A program made the position numbers and the translations under genes. Source: Eledone cirrhosa (taxonomy: Eukaryota). From it: a stretch of 64,000 nucleotides of DNA. The notes under the pieces are model-generated. The model was not told the origin of the DNA and did no database searches. It was given only the letters and a program-made list of their open reading frames with translations. The DNA is taken from assembly GCA_964016885.1 (NCBI GenBank), contig OZ024742.1:158658001-158722000 (forward strand), given 5' to 3'. Of this stretch, positions 14,102 through 25,265 are shown piece by piece (position 1 is the stretch's first letter; every line of letters begins with the position of its first letter).

Positions 14102-14559
14102 TAATAAAAATGTGTCCTTCCATATTTCAAGACGGTTGCTAGAATTTTAGGTAGACCGTTGTTTTGCTTTGTTTTTTTTCTCGCAGGTGAAAAGAATACT
14201 TAGATTTTTCCATGTTGGCATATGAAATATCTATTTCATTCTATAGATCAATCAGCAACAAATAGATATGCCATATTTGATGAAACATTCCTTCCAAAAA
14301 AGCCATTACCTAAAACGTACCAATATTTCTACCACTCTTAGAAGCAGAATATAACGGATTTCTCTAAATGTATCTAGCTACTGATGAAGAAAGCTGACAG
14401 TTATATAAACGCTTGAAGCGATCAGCTATAGAGTCAGGTATAGAGAGGAAGTGTGCAAAAAAAAGGTGTCGCTGGAAAATATATAAAAATACAACCAGAA
14501 GAAAATCAACATGAAATTTTAGAAATATGTTTACAATATACATTATGTTGAAGTCCCAG

Positions 14560-14743
14560 GGCGGTGAATTGGCAGTATCGGTAGAGGGTTGGACGCCATG
14601 CTTTCTAGCATAGTTACGTCCCTTTACAGTATGAGTTAAAATCCCGCCGAGGTTAACTTTGCCTTTCATCCTTACGGGGTCGATAAAATAAAGTACCAGT
14701 AATGTACTGGGTAATTACTGGCCTTGTGCCTAAAGTAGAAACA
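14560..14743 (+). mobile_element. Nin/Deu-core SINE with 18-bp TSD
   Basis: Box A TGGCAGTATCGG. TSD ATTATGTTGAAGTCCCAG at 14542 and 14744. Confidence 0.92.
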
Positions 14744-15253
14744 ATTATGTTGAAGTCCCAGTAATGCAATAATGTAGAAAAATCTGAAATATTTCACGAA
14801 CAAGCTATTCAAACAAACAATAAATCTATGCCACACGAATCAAAAGAAAAATTAGAGATATCTAGGGATAACCTGAAAATCCATTTAAGCTTTTTTTAAA
14901 CAAGTGAAAATATTTAGATATTTTATTTCAAGAAAGAAAGGTAGATAGGTGGATGGGTAGATAGATAGACAGATAGGTAGATAGATAGATATGTTTCTTT
15001 TATTTGCCACCAGGGCATCAAAAGTGGGACAAGTACAATGGGGGGAGTTTACAAAACAAGGCGTCCTCAATAAGGAGGAGGAAATAGCAAAATATAAAAA
15101 TAAAATAAAATATAACAGAATAAAATTTATAACAAAATCCTCAATAGAGAGGAGGCGCCTTGGGGGGTCGCACACAACGCCGAAAAAAGTATGCAACCCT
15201 TTTCCTCAGGAGCACAGAGAAGGGGTGCTCCCTTGGACTTTCATCTTCCTCAC

Positions 15254-18019
15254 CTATAGTCTGATATAGAGTGAAGGCCCATTCACACGGGCCATTCTCG
15301 CCACTTTCACCCACCTTTCATAAAAACGACTGGGGTGCAGCACCTCTCTCTCCATCCTGATCCTTCTTCCGAAATGATATCGGAAGAAACGGACCAGTTG
15401 TTGGCCAGAGAGAAAGGTGTCTGACCTCAGTCCTTTCAGACGCGTCCACCATACAACCTCTTTCGCCATGGCTATTACGCACAGAAACACCGCCTCTCCT
15501 TCGTTTTTGAAGAGGGGAGGCGGCTTGATCGTTACAATAGACTCGGTGGTCAACCGGATCGGTCCCACCCTTGAGAGCCCCACAGTTCGACATAGCCCCA
15601 CATATCAGCAATGCCCGAGCAGTGTACCATTGCGTGTGCAACGGTTTCCTCGTCGCACACGCATCTGGGACAGATCTTTTTCGAGGGGTCCCTACCCGGG
15701 CGCCCGTGTCTGTAGAGACTTTCTCGAACGGGCAGAGCCCTTCTGTAGCACTGCCAGGCTAGGGACCTCTGGAAGTTATCCATGGGTCCCGGGCTGAATG
15801 TCCTACCGAACAGGCTGGCCAGTTCGTCTTCCTCCATGCCTAGGGCTCCTCCGAGGGCGTCGTCGCACCTGCTAACCACCAGCCCTCTATAGAATGACGA
15901 GGTGGATTCTCCACTGACAGTCGGGTCCGCCTGCCAGAGAGCCGTGAGCGCCTGGGCACACTCGGTGTGCCAGGCGCCTAGTTTTTTCGGTCTTTGCTTG
16001 ACCCAGGATTGCAGCTCGGTGAGTGAGACGAGTCTGGGAAAGGCTCGCCTCACAAACGGGGCCCACACCGGTTGACCGAAGAGGAATACCTGGAGGTGCC
16101 GTAGCCTTAATGCGTGTTTACGTATCATTAGCCACGGCCTCCCCAGCCCTCCTTTCGAAGGGTGTTGACAGCAGATGGATCTCCTCACCATAGGATCCCG
16201 CTTCTTCCAAAGGAATTGGAAGAGTGCGCGCTCCATTTTGGCGAGCGTTTCCCTTTGGCAAGGCACAACGGTCAGGCGGTAATAGATGACGGACGCTATA
16301 TAAGTGTTCGCCACCTCCGCCCGACCTTTCAGGGACAGTTTGCACTCGGCCCACTTCTGGGTCAGTGCAAACACCCTGTTCGTTACCTCACCCCAGTTCT
16401 TCTCCACCTGGAGGTCTGGTCCGAACCAGACCCCGAGCAACTTCACCGGGCCCTCCGTCCAGCGCCCGACGACGCCATCGGAGGGCATCGATCTGCCCCT
16501 CCACGTGCCGAGTTGCAGACCGATCGACTTGTCCCGGTTCAGCTAAGCCCCTGTAAACCTTTCGTACTCCTCCAGTAAGGTGCCGATCGCCCCGATTTCC
16601 GAGGCCGTAGACACCATTACTGTTACGTCGTCAGCGTAGGCCGACACCGCTTTCCGCAATCCCAGTTCCAACGGGATGCCCTGCAACAACTCCAACTTCC
16701 GCAACAGTGGCTCTAGAGTCATTACATACAGAAGGGAGGCAGAACTCGGCGTCCGTGTTCGAGAGACGCGGCAAGCTGTCGAGGTATGAACTAAAGTCCA
16801 TTGCCCCGGCCGGCTCACCGTCGTTCTGCTCAAACAGTCGCGCAAAGTAATGCTGAAAGGTCGAGCACATTCGTTTGGGGTCAAGTAGCACGCGTCCGTT
16901 TTGGTCTTTCAAAGACTGAATCGTTGACTTGTTGCCACTATTTGCCTCCGCCACTCGGGCCCAGCTGACAGATTTCGCTCCTTCGTTTCCTAGAGCACGT
17001 GTTTTGCTTCTGACCATGCAGCTTTCGTGTTTCGCGTCGAAGAACTGGTCTAGTGCCGTTCTCGACGCTAACACTCTAGCCGCGTTGCCACTTCTAAGTG
17101 CTTCCTCTACCTTGGCTACTAGTTCTCTTTCTATTTTGTTTTTCTCTAAGGCTAACTCTCTGCTAAACTCTATCGATTCTACTCTAATTGCTTTCTTGAG
17201 AGAGTACCACCATCTATTGTTGACGATGGCTCCCGTTAACTGTTGCTTGACTAGTCTACTTATCCGTTCACTGTAAGCTTTACGTGCCGGTAACGACACG
17301 TTCAGCTTCCAGTATCCGGATCCCTGTCTATCTATTCTATCAAGGTTGACTAAGCAGACGACTAATTCGTGATCTGAGTAGGCAACCATGTGCATTCGTG
17401 GACAGCTTAACATCTCCTTATCCCTTTCTCTAATGAAGATCCTATCTAGATGTCCCGCTGCGGTTTGCCTACGTCCACTGTGGTGCAGTCGGAAAATTCA
17501 GTCGATACCTATCGGCCAGTTGGAATTAGCCGATTAAAGTTTTGAGGCTGTTGCACCCCCTCTACTAAGACATGCTCCCACATAGTCCCATCGTGCATCT
17601 AGGATACCATTCCAGTTCCCCACTAAAAGTAAGGAGCGAGATGTTCCCATGTCTGGCTGTGATTGCGATTGCTCGGTCGGGGCATAAACGGCCACCAGTC
17701 TGAAAGCTCCACCTTCTATACTGTTCACGTCTAGGACTACCAGTCTACCCTCCCGGTCCAAGTGTACTTGCTGTACTTCGACGTTCAGGTTCTTCCGAAA
17801 CATGACAGCCACTCTCCCTCCACCTCCTGGCTGACAGAGAGATGCGTAGATCTCAAAGTCGTCGAAGATGATGGTTAGTTGCTGCCTGTTGTGGATCCTG
17901 GACTCGGTGATGGCTATCACATCCATACCATGTGACCTAAGGTCGTTTAAAAGTTGGTCCTGTTTCCAGGGCATCCCTAGGCCACGCCCATTCACGCTTC
18001 CAATTCGTAAACTAGCCAT
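15254..18019 (-). pseudogene. Tx1 ORF2 (APE endonuclease, RT, zinc-binding), frameshifted, with most of the RT core deleted near 16745
   Basis: MASLRIGSVNGRGL, AITES, VYAP, LVGNWN, YSDH, YWKLN, AYADD, LLGVWF, CPRC..ETVAHAMVHC. Confidence 0.9.
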
Positions 18020-18061
18020 GTTGGTGAAGAAGAGTTGGAGAAAAAGGACGAAAAGGTGCAC

Positions 18062-19586
18062 TTACCTTTTCGTTTCCGGGAGATCGGGTTGTTCAATCTC
18101 CATTTGGGTGCTGGAGGGGGTGTTGGGTGGGGTGGGGAAACCTTTTAACAGGACGCGGTTGGTGGGTTTCTGGCAGAGGTTGCCCACGTCTTGCAAAAAT
18201 TTATTTTTCAGATCACTATAGGTCTCCATAGAAACCCTTATAAGTTTAAGGTGTGTAGACGATTCTGCTTTGACGAAAGTTTTGCCTTCCGTCTCCACCT
18301 TGGGGTTTTGGGAGATGACCTCCATCAAACTCTTGTTGTTTCTGTTGATGTATGCGTATTATTGTTTGTGTTTTTGTTGTGTTGTTTTAGTTTATTGTTC
18401 GTCCGGGAGTTTTCTTTTTATGGTGGGTGCCTGTGTTTGGGGTTGTGTTAGTGTTGGTGTTGGTTTTGCTGGTATGGGGATGTTTGACTGTGGTGTTGTT
18501 TGTGTTGTTGTTTGTGTTTGTGGTTGTGTGTTGTTGGTGATTGGAGTTTCGGGGGTTTTGTTTTTTAGATTTCCGAGGCTCTCCTTTTTCTTCACTTAAA
18601 GAAGGGGAAGCAGCCTCATCTGTCGATGAATAATCATCGTCAGGAGTGTGGGGTAGTGGTATGGTGTGTGGTGGTGATGTTTCGGTGTGTGTTTTTGTGG
18701 TAGTGCTTGATGGAGTGGGATGGGGTGGGCTGTGTTCTTCAGGGGTGTTGTCTGTGTTTTTTCTGTTGTTGTTGTTTGAGTGGCTGTTTGTTTTGGTGTG
18801 TTTGCTCGTTTCGTCTTTTGTTGTACTTTTGGTGGTGGTTGTTTTGGTGTTGGCAATAGTGTTTTTTTAATGATGTTGTTGTGGTGCGTTTGTGAAGGAC
18901 AGGAGGCCTTTAGGTGTGCTGTGCTACCACAGCCAAAGCAATGAAGTTTTCGTCCCTCCACCGTAATGTTTATTTTGTTGTTGATGACTTTTTCGGGTAT
19001 TTTGGAGATTCTCTCCGGCCTCATTTGAATCAGAATCTCCAAATCAGTACTCGCCCACCTTTGTCTAGTAGACTTTGGTATCGAAAGAATCATATCAGTC
19101 TCTGGCTCTACGAAGCCAGCCAAGATCCACCAGATGTTAATGTTTGGTGGTATATTTTTTTTTTTTTTTGTCCTTTTTCCCATGTACGTAGGGAAAAAGT
19201 TGAATGCTTTTGACACCATTGGTGTCACAGAATGTTTTGGGCGAGTGCCTCGCTTTTAAACAGTACGGAAAAACTTCCGTACTGTTTTCCTCGTTGGAGA
19301 AAGTCAATATTTTCTAGAGTCTCCTTGAAGGTGGCTTCTATATCTGCTTGACTAACAAATATCGGCTTTCTCGTTGTGTTGGAGACAGTCCTAAAGGTCA
19401 CTGTCCTTCGAACTGTCTCTTCTTTTATTTCGAGGGGTGAGTTAATTCTAAACCCTCCCTTGTCTTCGAAAGTTACAAATTTCCACCCTTGCTGGAGCAT
19501 ATCTCTTGCATTGGAAATGTCAAGATTTATAAAATCTTGTTTTTTGTTCACTGTTTCAGCGAAAGACATTTTTTGTGTGATGTTGC

Positions 19587-19623
<37 letters not shown>

Positions 19624-19956
19624 ATCTTTGTTAGCCTCGGTGTTGGAAATCTCAATTTCTTGACGAGGTGAAACTTTATGTGTAGATGTATCTATGGAGT
19701 TGATGATGTTGTCTTTTTCATATGTATGTATGTTAATAGGTTTAGTTCCTGTGTTTTGCTGTGTGTTATTGTTATTTTTCTCCGCTTCGACGGTAGAAAT
19801 TTTTAAATCTTCAAGTGGTAATATTTATTTCTCTTTGTTGACAGTCGTATCTATGGCGACGTCCATAGTACCAGAAGCAGATATAACGTTAATATCTGCC
19901 GCTCTACCTCTCTTCTCTCTGTCGACGTTCTCTAGCGTTCTTTCCGAGCTATTCAT
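18062..19956 (-). pseudogene. Tx1 ORF1 (RRM-like segment, CCHC zinc knuckle, Thr/Pro/Lys-rich tail), disrupted
   Basis: CFGCGSTAHLKASC knuckle; ORF pieces at 19225-19569, 18596-19228 and 18062-18328; ATG at 19956. Confidence 0.8.
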
Positions 19957-20165
19957 GTTTAATAGTTGGCAAAATTTGATATTTTAAAACAATTTTTTAA
20001 TTAAATGTTCGCCCCTAAAGGGGCGAAAAATCGGTTTACCACCCAGCTGACAATTCAGCTTGGGGGTTAACCTACAAAATGTAATTTTTTTTCAAACAAT
20101 TAGTTCCATTTTTTTTGCATAGAAATTAACAAAAAAGCTTACCGCCGATGTTCCACGCGTCAGGC

Positions 20166-20469
<304 letters not shown>

Positions 20470-20589
20470 TTTTAGTTAGCCCCCCGAACGCATAATTGGG
20501 AATATAATCACTTATTTCCTAATGTTTGTTGAGTGAGTTGGAATTTGGCCGGAGTATCGCTAAAAAGCTTTCTCCGATATTGTATTTAT

Positions 20590-20681
<92 letters not shown>

Positions 20682-20733
20682 GAGAGAGAGAATGATATTA
20701 AATAAATGGAAACTATATTTATAAAGCCATATT

Positions 20734-20798
20734 TATTTTATTATATATATTTCAAGGGTTACCAAGACAACATTGGTACGCTTTCATCAGATAAAATA
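20734..20798 (-). ncRNA. Type-I minimal hammerhead ribozyme in a short foldback element
   Basis: TATTTTAT-CTGATGA-AAGCGTACCAA(tgttgtc)TTGGTAACCCTT-GAAA-TATATA-TA-ATAAAATA: 8-bp stem I, palindromic stem III, AUA triplet. 20709-20750 recurs inverted at ~20866-20908. Confidence 0.85.
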
Positions 20799-20991
20799 GA
20801 AAGTTTGTTTTATAAATAAAGACTTACCCATGAAAATCATACCTTATCGGTTGGAAATTCACTGGATATAATATAATAAAATAAATATGGTTTTATAAAT
20901 ATAGTTTCTCCAGTAAACTGTTGAGTGCTCTAAATCAGTTATAAACATTTATATTTGTTGGACTTCCAACAAATTAAATACCCCTTCTACT

Positions 20992-21022
<31 letters not shown>

Positions 21023-21370
21023 TCTTAATAAAAAAATTGTTATAAAGTAAAATAGATTATATGTATATTGATTGATTGATAGATCATGTGTCCAAGAGAA
21101 TAGTTGTCAAATCCCATATTTAATAATCCGTTGTTTGGGTTTATGTCAAATTTAAGCTACTTCACAGATAGCTAACCATCATATATTTATAATCCAAGTG
21201 CTAGAATCTATTTTCTCGAAGAAATGAACATCATTTCAAAGCTGACAGCTTTGCATATGATTGCATTAAGTTGATTTAGTCTGTCTTCAGGATTCTAGAT
21301 AAAACTGAAGGTTAGGAAGTTAAGTTTTAACAGCTACATATTCCTATATTACAAGTATCAGATGTTTAAA

Positions 21371-21392
21371 TTATTATTATTATTATTATTAT

Positions 21393-21459
<67 letters not shown>

Positions 21460-21474
21460 TGCAGCAGCAGCAGT
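21371..21474. repeat. (ATT)n-(AGT)n microsatellite at a LINE 3' end
   Basis: Seen directly. Confidence 0.95.
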
Positions 21475-22501
21475 ATATTTTTATTGCGTGTCATTACTGA
21501 GAAAAGCCCTGTGTGCCTTGGGTGTGTGCAATGTAACATAGGTGTTTATTTCTGTTGTATTAAAAGTATTCTCCGTAAGATGTGTACACTTCCTAACAGT
21601 GTTATTTCCTGTATGTTGTAAGTAGTTGGTCCCGAGATTTCGGTTATGTATCTGCCTGTGTGTCTCTTATCATTCCCCACCTGTTATTATGGGAGGTGTT
21701 TCTCTTTTCATCATCAAAATGCGGCTTCTTTTTATATTTATATCTTTATATTTGGATAATTTCACCATTTCCTCATACATTGTCATCTGCGGAGATATAT
21801 ACATCAATAAGAGGATACTTTATCTTTGTGGTATTTGACCTTAGCCGGTCGTTTGGTTTTGGTCTCTCTGTCTGTGTGTATTAGCATATACCTTAGTATG
21901 GCTGCTTTGTTATTCTCTCACACCTTCTCTTGTGTATGTTTGTACCATCTTTTTTCTGTTGGTATTTCGAAGTGTTGTCATAATATCTAGTTTGTTTAAA
22001 TCCCAAACATGTCTGGATATATTATTTTATGGCTACGACTAGGCAACCAGAGACAATGTGGTTAATTGATTCTTCCCCAGTACAACATATTCTACAATTA
22101 CTTATTGTTCTGTTTCATTGTGTATTTTTGGCGCTTCCTGCTGGGGTGACTTTGATCTTGTGCTGCAATTAGAAATCCATCTGTCTCGACACATATTCCA
22201 GTGCTTCTTTACCAGTTTTCTGAATTTTGTTTCTTCACTTCCTCCTTTACTTCAGCTTTTTCGGGTATTGGCCATGTAGGGATTTTCTCGTCATCATTCC
22301 AGCATAGCATTCTAGAGATATATTTCCAATTTAGATTTGAACATTTTCGCAGTTTCTGTTGCCGTTTCGTCTGTGTTTTCATTTTCCTCATAATCATCTG
22401 TCAATTCAACTTCTGCTTTGAATTTGTTGGCTTTGTAGAAGATTGAAAACAATCAATTGTTTTGTTGTTTTTTTATTTCATGTTTCATGGCTATTATTTT
22501 A

Positions 22502-22690
22502 GGGCGGAAGATTGGCAGTATCGGTAGAGTGTCGGACGCCATGCTTTGCAGCATAAAGTTACGTCCCTTTACGGTCTGAGTTCAAATCCCGCCGAGGTTA
22601 ACTTTGCCTTTCATCCTTACGGGGTCGATAAAATAAAGGACTAGTAATACACTGGGATAATTGCTGGCCTTGTGCCAAAAGTAGAAACAG
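22502..22690 (+). mobile_element. Nin/Deu-core SINE nested in the old R4 copy
   Basis: Near-identical to 14560-14743; flanked by TTATTTT. Confidence 0.9.
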
Positions 22691-22774
22691 TTATTTTTCA
22701 TTAATTTTTGTATTCCTCCTGCGATCGTGGTAGGTATAATCCTTTTACATCTGATTTGAAAGCTGAAGCAGAAA

Positions 22775-23361
22775 CGAATTAAGAGGGAGACTAAGCATAA
22801 AAGGTATCAAATACTGTGTTCTGGAGAGGAGACTGCGTTGGTATGGACATGTGATGCGTATGAAGGACGACAGCTGTATAAAAAATTACAGGGCAATGAA
22901 AATTGATGGAAGCTAGACCAAGAAAAACCTGGGACGAGGTGATGAAAACTGACCTTGCTCACCTACACCTCTCTAAGACAATGACACTGGGTCGAGACCT
23001 TTGGCGCCATGCAGTTATACAGAAGACCCGACTGCCATTGCCATCAAACCTAGTCATTAGGCACTTCTTAAGCCAACCTCTACCGCATCCTCCCTCTCCC
23101 ATTCCGTCCACTGTGTTGATGACACAACAGTCCACACTGTAAGGTGACCGTGTAGGAGACACGGTGAAAAGGCTCCCAGTCCACACTGTAAATGTGGTTG
23201 GTGTTAGAAAGGGCATCCAGCTGTAAAAAAAGCCTGCCAGAGACGCTTCCGTGCGAGCGAAGCATGGTCTCCTGACCATTGCCGCATCAAATGGAACAAA
23301 ACCATCTAACCCATGCTAGTGTGGAAGATGGCCGTTAAACGATGATGATGATGATGATGAT
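22775..23361 (+). mobile_element. RTE-clade LINE 3' fragment with (GAT)n tail
   Basis: ERRLRWYGHVMRM...RPRKTWDEV...RDLWR; tail ends GTTAAAC(GAT)n. Confidence 0.8.
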
Positions 23362-25265
23362 ATTCTAAATGCAGTTATTTCTTGGTTTTTGTCTAGTTCT
23401 TCTAGTTCTTTAGTGTCCAGTTCAGAATGTTAAAGCTGTAGTTTATTACTGGGATCGCTAGAGTATGCATGCTTATTACCTTATTTTTACAATTAGTTCT
23501 GTCTTAAGCAGTCATTTAATCTGTATATGGTATTTCTTTCTAATCTTTTCTTTTATTTGTGTGTTAAACACTCTAAATAATTGATTCCTAAATATCTGCA
23601 TGTCTGTGATTGATCTAAACTCTCATATCTCAATTTCTTTATCTAGAGTGATTTTATATATTGTCACTAGTTTTCCTATTTTCAGGGTTGTCTCAGATAA
23701 TGGTGACAATGCTAGGCAAAAGAAGTGAGCAAAGGATGTTGCCTTAGAATACCCCTGTTTTAATTGTATGTGCTCAGTTGTAACATCCCTATTTTGTTTG
23801 TATTTTCAGATTGTTGTATTTTCAGAATGTTGTTTTTTTTCATTGTTGGCGCTACTTTGTTTATGGCTACTGTTTTCAGTATCTACGTATGACTTTTGTC
23901 AATCAATCCATGCCATTCTGAACTTTCTTTCTTCTATACAGCTATATGAGCCTTTGCAGTATCATTTTTTACGCTTTTGGAAAAAGGTTGTTTTTTCTAA
24001 GTGCCTGGTCAGTTTCTGTGATACTATTACTGTAATATCTTATAGGCATGTTATGGGTCTGTAGGTTTTGAGATTTGGTATGTCATTATTATTGTGTATT
24101 AGAATGGTGTTCTCTTTAGTAAGCCAGCTGGGTGTCATTTCTAGTTCCATCAACATCTCATTAAAATTGTTTGCCAGTAGCATGTTTTGTTAAATATTTT
24201 AACCAGAGGTTTGAGATTTTGTCATATCCGATGTCTTCCATGGCTTGTTTTTTTTTTTGTTTTTTTTTTTTTTTTTTTTTGGGGGGGGGGGGGGGGGGGA
24301 TTGTGTTAGACACTTCTTCTGTTGTGTTGTCTTCCCACTGTTGTTCAGTGGCTATGTTTGTTGTTCTTTCTAGCCATGGTAATTCACCTGCTGCCCACAA
24401 TGTTCCCAAGGATTCTTCCACTTCTTTTACTTTTGGGGCTATATTCATCTTAATTTTGCTTCGTTGGAGTGAAATTGCTGGTTTTATTAAAAAGAAATGT
24501 TGACGATTTTTATACCTGTGGATTCTTTTTATTTTGCAAGTATTTGTTGTTTTAGGCATCCTTTGATTTCAGTGATTTCCCTTTGTGTTATATTATATTT
24601 CTTTAATATCTATATTTACTTCCATTTGCCTAATTGTGTTGCCTTTCGTATTTCATGTTTCAGAGCTATTTTATTGTATTTTCTATCTTTTTTCTGTATC
24701 TTTGATTTCCATATATATGTATATTTTTTTCGTGTTTGTGTACATCTAAGGGGATACTCACTTTTTTTTATAACAAGAGTGGCTGCTGCAAATATTCTCT
24801 TATTTAGACTAGTGATACTGTTGCTATTTGTATTAAATCGATGACGACCATGTTAACGTTTTATATTATTATTATTATATTATTGATTATATTATTATAT
24901 TATTGATTATATTATTTATTATTATATTATTATTTATTATAGGGAGATCTATTGTTTGGAGTTCTTAGGTTATTTCCATCTTTATCCTATTATGGTCTTG
25001 AATTCCGTCTTTAGGGTTCTTCTAACTACATATTCCTCCTTATATTTCCTTTCATTTGCGACGTTCTACATCGGCATTTGTTGATTAGTATTCTGTGAGG
25101 GTCGGGTTTTGATGTGCTTTGTTGTTTCTATTTTCTGTTTTGGATATGTTAGTTATATCTTCAGGGCTTAAATTTTCAATGTTTCTGTGTTTATTGGTAG
25201 TTTTTGTTTCTCAGTTGTTTTCGTGGTGCAATTATTCTTTTAGATATCTGATTTCTTATATATTA

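Larger units (their letters stand above)
14991..20165 (-). mobile_element. Near full-length Tx1/L1-group LINE inserted in (GATA)n; inactive
   Basis: Leader, ORF1 with CCHC knuckle, ORF2 with APE, RT remnant and C-terminal Cys motif. 3' end AATAAAAGAAACAT; both flanks are (GATA)n. Confidence 0.92.
21475..24850 (-). mobile_element. Old degenerate R4/Dong-like LINE with nested SINE and RTE insertions
   Basis: Remnants GYDKISNLWLKYLT, YRPITCL, WID-QK-YV, GVF-GNILCSLLF, YLGI, EESINHIVSGC. Confidence 0.75.

Noticed and set aside
14375-14430. CTGATGA..GAAG..ATC with TAGCT/AGCTA pairing
   Set aside because: GAAA is altered and stems II and III are irregular; too degenerate to call.
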